From positions 87,917,945-87,981,944 of the forward strand of contig NC_068984.1 in NCBI RefSeq assembly GCF_001194135.2: a stretch of 64,000 nucleotides of DNA, written 5' to 3'. A model generated the notes under the pieces. It had not been told where the DNA came from and did not search any database. It saw only the letters and a list, made by a program, of their open reading frames with translations. Each line of letters opens with the position of its first letter. Positions within the stretch are counted from its first letter, which is position 1. The position numbers and the translations under genes are program-made. This DNA comes from Octopus bimaculoides. Its lineage: Eukaryota. Shown here piece by piece: positions 53,916 through 64,000 of the stretch.

Positions 53916-54184
53916 TATTTCAAATGTGTTTCTTTCGCACGTGTATTGACAATGAATTGTGTATTATTACACAGAATACACTGGTTTGTGAGGACGTAAA
54001 TTCTGAGTATTAGTTTCAAATTAAGGTTGAAATAGTTGTGCCAAGAAGATAGCACTGGATCGTTTATAGAGTAATGGTTTATACGAGAAAAGTAATAACT
54101 CGATTACTTTTCATGTAAATTCTTGATTGTATTAATTAATAATGAGAAAATTATTAGTCATTAAAAAATGAGACAGTTCTATAT

Positions 54185-54290
54185 TTAAGACACCTGATGA
54201 AGGCTGGAAGGTATATCAGCCAAAACGTTGTGTTAACAACAAACAAGATGAGGACAAATATCCGTCAAATGTAAATAATGTAAATAATGT
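54185..54290 (+). mobile_element. Penelope-like element terminal fragment with a minimal type I hammerhead ribozyme motif (core variant)
   Basis: ACAC-CTGATGA-A-GGCTG-(10 nt)-CAGCC-AAAA-CG-TT-GTGT: stem I ACAC/GTGT, stem II GGCTG/CAGCC and palindromic ACGT stem III. The conserved GAAA reads AAAA. Confidence 0.6.
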
Positions 54291-57119
54291 ATTTTTTAAA
54301 AATGAGTTTATAAATCTGGCAGATTTAAACGGAAATGCTTGGTATTCACACGCCATTTTAAAAATTTTGTTCAGACATTTGAACAAAACAAAAGATGGTC
54401 ATGCTTGGAATTTCTTTTATCACACAAATGTTTGATCAGATTGATCTTGGACTAAGCAACAACACAACCACAAATAAGTAAATCTCATCTCGGGTGAAAA
54501 TGTATGCAATCCTTCGCCGTACATCTCTCTACCCTACTCAATAACATTGAACTAGCGAAGAAGCTAGATTATTTTCGATCTTCAAATACCATTTACCAGA
54601 TATTCTTAACACTCTTAATTACTGTCAAAGCCGTCTTTTAACTGTGCACTTCAAGCTCTTCTTATTTACACTTTTTTACACAGAGCAATCGTTTGGTCAC
54701 CTAGAAATAACAGGCACATCTCTAAATCACATCATACTGTCTTAGACAATTACATTTTGGATAATGTAATTCTGAATGTACTGTGCCTTAGAAACAAAAA
54801 GGAATTTTGGGGTGTTTCGATCAAATATTTGTTCAATCAGGACTGACCTGAGACTAGATACCTGTAAATTATGACTGAATTCTTATCTTCATTTTGAAAT
54901 AGTGGTCAAATCTTCCAAGTACTCACCGGATTTCATTTATTAAAGAATATATTGTAAGCCTAATGGATGCAGACACTGTTATTCTTAAAGTTTTAAAACA
55001 CGAACATCACTAAACAGTCATGTCATATCGGTGCCAATATACAATCATTCATAATTACCAGATGAATATTATCAGAAAAGAGTAAAAGGTATTTCCTTCC
55101 ATTGTTCAATGAAACATCTTTCTTTCTTTCGTACTTTGGTTCCTATTTGCTTTTTGTTCTTAAGTCCTCTCTTAGCCATTGTATTCTGGCTCTCTTGTGT
55201 TATCTTCAATTTTCATGAGAAGGCCTCTATCTGGTCGCTTGGAATCCTAGAAATATGTATAATTCAAATCTCCCTTAATTTATTCTCAGCTTTTTTTACG
55301 AAACTAAGACCCAGAGTGGAATATAGTTCTAGCAGCTGCAGCGCTGTCACAACTACAAATACAAGCATACCTTTGTACGTCAAAAATAAGCTTTTCGATA
55401 ATAAGCTTTTCTAATACATTACAATCTCTTGTCTACAGACGTACACTCTTTATTCTGCCTTTTCTACCTCTGTTACAGTGGTTGCCGCTCCTCGGAGTAA
55501 AGTAGCCCCGTGCCATCCCTACTCAGGGATGTTCAACTCACTAGTCTCTCTTTTTCTTATAACTCATATTATATTCCCTACCGGACCCTATACTACGTTC
55601 CCCAATCTTTCTGCCTCAGAATATAGGTTTTCTGGAGTTCCAGCTGTTAATTCGAGCTGTACAGTAAGAATTTTAACGATGTCTATTCTACTGGTCTCGG
55701 AGGGCAGGGAATGTCACGAGCACAAACTCTTCTAGCAGATCAAACCGCTACAACAAATAAGGAAATGTTGTATATGATAGTCCCAGATATATTACACCTG
55801 AAAATCAGATTAAATCTGAATATGATGGTCAACAACTTCAACCATAACCTTTAAATATACGTCACTTTAATTCTTTTATTTTTTTATGCAAACGGATCTT
55901 TTCGCAATTCTGTCTTGAAAGATAAAAAATACTCAAGTATGAAACGGTAACTCCTCTGAGAGTATCCCCATTCCAGCTTGCCAGAGTTTCTAAAATAGAA
56001 AGTATGAACAACGACACTCCTTTAAAAAATGTTGAATTACTTCCTTTGGTGATTGTCAACGAGATACTGAAAATCTTCCTTCACAAAAAATGTATTCTTC
56101 TATAATGGAGTCCTTTATAGCATGATGAAACACATATTGCTCTATTTTACTTTTAAACAAGAAAACTTTCAGAGAAAACGTTCGTAGAAAATTACTCGAA
56201 TCCGCAGCAATTGTTAACGCCTCAGTTTCCTCCTCTTCGTCAAATATTCTTTTATTATATTTAATACATTATGTATGCGACAAATGTTTCATTTTGTCTT
56301 CGAGTATTTTCTAATTAAGCGTTTTGTCAATTAACAACACACTGATCCTCACCAGAAATATATTTTTTCTATTAATTCCAACATGTATTGTATCATTTAA
56401 AGGAGTTGATAATATGGTAATCAAATTCACCAGAACGAAATCTAACTGATTTAAGAAAAGAAATTTACTAGACTAAAAGACCTTATCACAACCCCACACT
56501 ATCCATAAATTTCTTACAATTTAAAGTAGTCTCTAACATGCACAAGAACTAATTGTCGCCAACGATAACATTCATAAATTTTGTATTTCATAATTTTACT
56601 GTCTCTTCAACTTCAGGATTATTATGGATTACTGTTCTAATATCTAAGCTGGTGTCTTCTTTTTGTTTGCCACAATCTCAGACAGGTTTCGGAAATAACG
56701 TCTCCAGTTGGATTATTAAACTCTGCTTTGCAGAGGGCCTTTAATTTATTGACTGTTATTAGCAACTGATACCCATGAGCATCTTCAAAACTGAAATTAT
56801 TTTTGCTGCACCTGTTTCCCGCTTTGTCTATTGTACATGCACCTCTACTTTCTATTGCTTATTTCATCACTTTATACACAGTACGCTACCTCATTTCAGC
56901 GATGGATACTGTATTTCTAACAATATACCCTCTAAATATAATAATTTACAAATATTCAAGCTCCAAATTAATACGACAAATTTCATTTGACCAGCAAGCC
57001 AACTGACCCGAGAATTTCTTTCCCTAAATATGCTTCCTTAACCAAAAATATAAAAGAAGGTCGTCTAATTTCTTTTTGCGATAATTTCTTTGATTTAAAA
57101 AAAAAATCTTTTATCCTTC

Positions 57120-57430
57120 AGGGTTTTAGTCGAACAAATCGACCCCAGTTATTATTTTAAAATCTGATACTTATTCTTTCGGTCTTTTTTGCCTAACTAC
57201 TAAGTTACTGGGATGTACAAAAACGAACATCAGCTGTCAAGAGGTGGTGGAGGATCAACACAAACACACAGGGATATGTATACGACGGGCTTCCACATAG
57301 TCTCTGTCTACCAAAGATTAACTCGGGTCTGTAATAGAAGACACTTGGCCAAAGTACAGAGCAATGGGACTGAACCGAAAAGCACGTAATTGTGAAGCGA
57401 GCCTCTAAGCTACACAAACACACCTGCACG
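57120..57430 (-). mobile_element. SINE family A, partial
   Basis: ttttagtcgaacaaatcgaccccag ... tagaagacacttggccaaag...gggactgaacc. Confidence 0.75.
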
Positions 57431-57450
57431 TATATATCTTTTTTTATAAA

Positions 57451-57532
57451 TATAGATGCTTTCGATCTAGTTTGGATTCTTTGCCATCAAATTTGATGGC
57501 AAAGAACCCAAACTAGATCGAAAACATCTATA
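57451..57532. repeat. 82-bp loopless palindrome (41-bp arms, 2 mismatches)
   Basis: tatagatgctttcgatctagtttggattctttgccatcaaa | tttgatggcaaagaacccaaactagatcgaaaacatctata. Confidence 0.95.
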
Positions 57533-57545
57533 TATTTTGCAATCT

Positions 57546-57755
57546 AAGGCGGCGAGCTGGCAGAAACGTTAGCATGCCGGGCAAAATGCTTAGTGGTATT
57601 TCGTCTGTCTTTACGTTCTGAGTTCAAATTCCGCCAAGGTCGACTTTGCCTTTCATTCTTTCCAGGTCGCTAAATTAAGTACCAGTTGTGTACTGGAGTC
57701 GATCTAATCGACTGGCCCCCTCCCCCAAAATTTCGGGCCTTGTGCCTAGAATAGA
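57546..57755 (+). mobile_element. SINE family B, near-consensus copy
   Basis: A-box tggcagaaacgttag, B-box gagttcaaattcc and core gtcgactttgcctttcattctttccaggtcgctaaattaagtaccag. Confidence 0.88.
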
Positions 57756-58524
57756 AAAGAATATATTTTGCAATCTTTCTCGCTTTAATGTATTACTGGA
57801 ATCACCGTATTACTTTCTCGTACGCATATTTGAAGACGATGTGTATCTTCTGATATCAATGTTTAGTTTTAAAGCTGATGAAGCAATAAGCCACAAAACA
57901 GTAAAATCATAGAGACAGAGTGCTTAGTATGATAGAGCTCGACATTAAATTCTGGTCGTTTCTGATTTCTTGGATTATACTCAGCTGATTGCTCTGAGTT
58001 AATTTTTAAGTGTATCTCGTGCGGTGAAATGAGCTGTCAAGTTCGTTCGCCATCTCAAAATATTAGTAAAAGTTCCTTGAAAGTAGTTGATCAATGCTGT
58101 ATTTTCTAATCTACAAAATAGCTACATGATATCAAAAAAAATTGCGTCCACAATTGTTAAAATAATACACTATGTAAAGTAACCCACTAATATTCGTTGA
58201 TAGCGACGGAAGCAGTATAATTAGTACCGAATAGCAATGTGCATATATTACTTAACATGGATATTAAATTCAGAGAAGTATCAATATATAGTTTCTGCTT
58301 TTCAGCACTATACATTCGTATGACATGCTTTCTCAAGACGAATACTTAATGTGGATATTCTTACAGTATATCCACATTAAGTAAGATATACAGATTGCTA
58401 TCCAGTAATATGTTTTAATTAGAAACTTATTGCAACTAATGCATCAGTACCTAATGAACGGTGTGTACAATCGGTATTTTTTCGAATTAAAATTTGATTT
58501 CAAATTTTGGCAGAAGGCCATCAA

Positions 58525-58853
58525 TTTCAATTACATCAGTGTTCGACTGATACTTATTTTATCGACCCCGAAAGGATGCAAGTCAAAATCGACCTCGGCG
58601 GAATACTTTTGAAATTAAAATTAAAAATGTAATGAAGGCGACGAAGTAGCTGGATCGTTAGCACGCCGAGCAAAATGTTTATCGGCATTTCGTCTGTCTT
58701 TACGTCCTGAGTTCAGATTCCCCCAAGGTCGACATTGCCTTTCATCTTTCTGAGATCGATAAAATAAGTACCAGTTGAGTGCTGGGGTTTATGTAATCGA
58801 CTTACTCTCTTTCCCCGAAATTGCTGGGCTTGTGCCACAATTCGAAACCAACA
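58525..58853. mobile_element. Inverted pair of SINE family B sequences: minus-strand core fragment (about 58525-58605) and plus-strand copy (58634-58853)
   Basis: tacttattttatcgaccccgaaaggatg versus ctttcatctttctgagatcgataaaataagtacca. Confidence 0.75.
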
Positions 58854-61800
58854 TTAAAGCTTTAATTTATTGGATATGATATGAATCGATATAATAATAC
58901 ACCAAGATATTGTAGCCACATGATCATAAATTTATTGGGATTGTAAACTAAACGGTTCCATCTAATGGCATTAGCAGCAGAAGGATAATGGTTCTGTATT
59001 ACTTCACAAGTCCCTAAGTTTTTTTTTCTTACCAGTCAATACGGATCAAGATTGAAGATTGAAGACTTTTTTTTTACTCACATTCTCATCCCCCATCCTT
59101 TAATATCGTAAGAAATGGACCTCAAAAACTGCGCTAAGACAGGAGACAAGCAATTGAGGAAAACTCTTACCAGTCATAGGCACACTACAGCCCCGTGTGA
59201 CTTTATGAATGACACTCCTAACAAAAATTAACGTCGAATTTTTTTTCTTTTTAGTGCGGCCTACTTGAGGATGAGCCATGTCTCATGCAGCCCGCTTCTC
59301 GAAAAAATGTTGCCCATGCCTGCTCTATGCAGTCGTTCACTCTGTTAGAGATAGCAGACAACTCTCCTTGAAATCCTATCTTATTGCTTTGAAAATGGAA
59401 GTAAATTATTGATAATGTGGTCCTGAATATGCATTACCTTAGAAAGGGACGAATGTTCCTGGTTGGAATGTATTCAATCATAAGAGCGCTGATATGAATC
59501 ACAACAATGAACAATAAACTTGTCAAAATTTAATAGATATCTGCCATATGTCAGTTAATAACAATTAACATATGACAATTCTAATAAGTATACAATACTT
59601 TATAAATGTTTTAAAAGTATTTCATTAATATTTTTAAAGTATAAAAGGCCCGCATCACTGATAAGATATATTTTAGATTTCTATTGGATATACAGCTAAA
59701 AACCTAATGCGACTGATATAAGGTTTTGTTTTAATTTTATAACTTTTAATTAATAAGAAACTGAGTTGCAAAAGGGAAATTGGATGACACCGTTGAATTA
59801 AGAATATGAGACATTTTTTTTTTTTTTTGAAGTGTATCCAAAGACAAGGTGTGACAAAAATCCGAGCACACATCGGCCTGATCGGCCACAGCTGGACGCC
59901 CTATGACCCATCTTCTCTCATATGATGTCTTGGCCATCGTCGTTAACGGCGGGTGAACATTATTATGAAAAACAATAAACGTAATAAATATAAAACTAGT
60001 AACTGCTTTAATTTTATTTTTATTATTTCTATAATATCTCACATTACCATGGTGTGCGAATGAGTACGGTCTCTTACAATAGTTTGTGTGATCATGCAAA
60101 TATACTCACATTGCCTCAATACCCAACGAAAACATAAATATTCAAGTTATCTCTCAGTAACCTGTCTAGATTTATTTTATGGTTTCAGTACAGTACTTTG
60201 TGGTGTTTATGACGTCTTCGTTGGTGTTACTTTAATATGACTATCATTCAATAATGCTCATTTTTATTTCTCTCTCAATATATAAATCACTCTTCGTTTT
60301 GCTATCTGAGGAAGCTATGATTCGCGCTGCGGAGGTCTAATAAGAGCGAAACATTTCTCATCCTTTCACCAGTTAACTTTAAAGACAAGATCCACATCTT
60401 TTTATATCTATGTCCTGCAAAAAAAATCGATCAACTGCCCTTACTGGAAATATTCCTCCTCTGTTTTCTTTTTATTTTATAATTATTATTATATTTTTTG
60501 TGTGTGAAGAAGGAGGGTATTTTAAACATTTCAAGAAGGGGCTTCTGTCTACTAATTGCTCAGATAATGGCAGTTGTTCAACTCACTATATTAAATATGC
60601 GAAAAGGCATCAATATTATTTATTCTATATTGTCTCTTAGTAACGATAGTTTGAACACATTTTAAAGACGTAACCATCCATGATTCAAGAAAAAAATAAT
60701 TAAATCGCGAGAAAAAGACTATAACAATTCTATGACAATATTACTTTAATATTTTGTTAAGAATGAGAAACAACTTCGGTAATGTTTCGATCTTCTCTTC
60801 ATTAAAGTATTGACTTCACCTCAGTTACCAGAGTCGTAATGAGACACAAGTAGGCGGTAGAATTAGAATATCTTATAAAATATATCATTGAAGTAAATTA
60901 CTCATATATGCCATTCGCATAATTATTTCCTTGTTGCATAATTATTTCTAATTGGATTTTTGATATTCACCGTATTGCTTATGTTAACACCATTTCTTAT
61001 TACTAATTGAATACTTAGTTTCCTCATTACATGCTTATGTTTCTACAAGAAAATTCCACAAGACAAATTAATTTCTTGCGCTATTCATTTTGTTATTTCG
61101 ATATAAATACGTAAGCATTAATTAAAATTTAATATAAAGTCATTCACTAACACCTAAATCCTTATTTTAATGTGTTAATTTGGGAGCCTAAACGCAATCG
61201 CTCAACCCGCTTGAAGTAGCAGACAAGTTATTTTCAAATCACACTTCACCGTCTTAAAAAAAAATTGATATATTTGATGAAATATACAATATTCTGAAAA
61301 TAAGGCGGGATATGTACACAACTTTGAGCATAGTTCTGCTTGATCAGGGCTGAACTAGTATATGTGAGGAGTGCTTTACTGCTACAGCAATCGCAAGCTT
61401 CACAGTCCATGTTGCTACATGCACAATGACTCCTAATCATCCCCTAGACAACAAGACCCCATAAACAGCATTGGACAACATTAGGCTGTTCATTCCATAT
61501 AAATATTTTAAACATATGGACACCAAAATTGTAGCAGTATTAATAGCGTGATTATGATTGATCTGGGACCATAGTATCAATGTTGAGTACATAGGAGTAG
61601 CATTTGTCGAGTTTGAACTAAATTCATCGCTCTCCGCTGTCGTGACCAGTGACCAAGCGAGAGTGTGTTTATGCGACCACCCGAACTGCTAGGACTATCA
61701 TAAGTGCAACCATTGCCGAAATTTGCTTTGCAACTGCCTGATTTCAGGTCAGATCTTACAGTACGGTCCTTTGAATGGCCCTTTGAATAAATGACTTTTG

Positions 61801-63617
61801 CTATAACCACGGAAAACCTTGTGACGGAAATTTGGTTTGACAGAAACTTTGAAGAAATAGATCGGAGAGATAGTTCTACTTTTAGTGAGGTAGAATTAAT
61901 GCATTCTTCGCTTTTACGCCACGACCTGACTCTCGGGTGCTTTTAAAGGATTACATTCTGCTGCAAGCATTTAACCAACTTTGAGAATAACTTCTCAGAG
62001 GCCTTGAAACGAATCCTGGTCACTATTAATTATCTCTCGAATTATGCCACGCCAGTTTAAATAAGGATACATTTAACAGCATAAACAAAACGACAGAATA
62101 GTCAAGATTGACCCGCCTTTTGATCAAAGGTCTGCTCAATCAAGGAGGGCCCGTGAATACACAATAACAACCACTACTATTAAGCCAATCCAATAAGGAG
62201 ACATGCACGTTCCAGTGAATGACCTTATCCTCACCATGCATTTAATGTTTCCATCTCTAATCTTTGGAAACATGTAACTCTGTGACCTATTCGCAAGAAC
62301 AACATGTGGGACCCTGCCAACTACACATCACCTTCATTTCTGACATTGCAAGTGTATTGGAAATAAATGTAAACAATGACCTCGGTTGTCATCTTGAGTC
62401 TTTTTCACTCAGTGGCCAATATTACATTTCCCAAACAGCCATGGTTTCTAGAGATTTGCTTATGCAGTTCTGAAAGTTGTTTTGTACAAACTTTATTTAT
62501 ACCAAGTCTATTGAGGATCACTTCACGGGCGTAACATGGCTTTTTTTTTTTTGCTGCTTCAATACTTACCTTTCAATCAAACAAAGCCATGTTACAGACT
62601 CGTTCAGTATTATCAATGTGGGATGTGATCGGGTGTCCGGTTCCCTTCTCCAGTCATTTTTTGAATTTTTCACAGCATTCATAGAGTCCGTAGTGGCAAA
62701 GCACTGTTCCTGTCTGCTAAAAGACTTCGATGGATTTTGACTCCCGATACACCTTCAGCTCAAGGAAAACAGATCACTGAGCGCCGTTATTTATTTGTTT
62801 GTTCCTTTGTTTGTTTTATTTGTTTATTCATTTAACGAAGCAGAAAGTGGATTAACGATGGTTAACTTAATAACAATTAGAACAAGAATTTAACCGGCGT
62901 CACAAATTTAAACCAGCACCATACTTTCTTCAAACTGCTGCTCTTTGGAACTTGTTTTCCTCTGGTCTGTGATACTCAGTCCTTTGAGATTTCTGTCTAT
63001 CAACATCTTTTGAATTTTTAGGTTTCTTCTTTTCCTTCTTTGTAGTCACTTACGCTACAATGACCTCAAGCCTTGACTGGGACAAATATCTAGTGATGCA
63101 CGCAAATAAGATAAGTGCATTGCGGAAAATTAATAAGGGGGATTCAGCAACTTAAATAGCGATCTTACGTTGCGAAATTAAGTCGCAACGTAAGTGATAC
63201 AAATATGTAAAGGCATTGGCGGGAGATGGGTTTCGGCCTCTGTGTGCGAGAGCCAACTTGCACATTCCAGTTTTAAACGTAGCTACCTTTGACTATAACA
63301 AATACACGTATATATAACGTGGCTGGCCTGTGCGATCCGATTATTCCGCACACCCCACGCTACTTCACTGTGTACAGCTACGGTAACATTCAAATAACCA
63401 ATTTCTCATCTTTATTTGATGCGTTCATGTATCAAGACTTTGCTAATATCAACCGCAAAGACTTACGTTAAACTATATAGAGTTGTCCGCTGAATCTACA
63501 GCAAGACCCCAAACCGCTCTCCATGTCCTTTGAAATATTTTGGTACAGATATAATTTGAAGCAGAGTCTTGACTAGATAAAATGATACACAGAAGGAAAT
63601 ACAAAGCTTTATAAAGT

Positions 63618-63650
63618 ACTAGCAGTATAACCTGACCTTGTCCGGGTGTG
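63618..63650 (+). mobile_element. Possible terminus of a non-autonomous Helitron/Helentron-type element
   Basis: actagcagtataacctgaccttgtccggg resembles ACTAG...ACCCG..C.TTGCCCGGG starts of invertebrate non-autonomous Helitron-like repeats. The other end was not identified. Confidence 0.35.
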
Positions 63651-64000
63651 ACAGCTGAAAATCAACTAAAAAAGAAAGCCTTACAACGAAAAATCCCTTA
63701 TGATGTAATTCTGTTCATAATTCAAAAGACGATGAAATTAATAGGGAAAGTCTGAAGGCTGTTTTGCGTAAAATTGTTAAGCATACGTAAATTTCATCCG
63801 TGTAATTGGCTATAGAAATGCTTGTGCAAAACAACTTTTGGCGCTGCCCTGATTATACATAGCAGGGTAATCCCTTTTCACAGAAGCTAGGATGGCATTT
63901 GTGATGAAGCAATTGCTGGCGATCTGTTGCTAAACAGTTTTGCCAGAATTCTATCAGATTGGGCAGAAGGTGTTGATGTACCATTTTGCATTATGTTCAA

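Noticed and set aside
55100-55740. Possible decayed LINE RT-thumb fragment on the minus strand (HISRIPSDQI; RINSWNSRK..GR)
   Set aside because: No diagnostic RT motif; the frames are short and interrupted.
60306-60356. CTGAGGA...AGC-GAAAC hammerhead-like core
   Set aside because: Stem II is only 3 bp and stems I and III cannot form.

Overview
AT-rich animal genomic scaffold with many N-gaps, most of them next to microsatellites. Its repeat content (tRNA-derived SINEs, Dong/R4 and CR1-group LINEs, Penelope-type motif, dense di/tri/tetranucleotide arrays) suggests a mollusc, probably an octopus; this is inference. One 5'-incomplete spliced gene can be built on the + strand from five phase-compatible exons: 11902-12162, 37510-37632, 40750-40809, 44436-44511 and 47909-48617. 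It encodes about 409 aa of a single-pass membrane protein with a divergent SUEL/Gal-lectin-like Cys domain, a short stalk, one TM helix and a 235-aa low-complexity cytoplasmic tail carrying tyrosine motifs and an acidic-aromatic C-terminus. The introns and flanks hold a full-length but decayed Hsmar1-like mariner with TIRs and TA target sites, a CR1-group LINE, two Dong/R4 LINE fragments beside microsatellites, a decayed Helitron PIF1 helicase and three SINE families. They also contain a Penelope-type minimal hammerhead motif, an 82-bp loopless palindrome and a 151-bp templated insertion inside a SINE. Most ORFs in the supplied track are artefacts of gaps and microsatellites.
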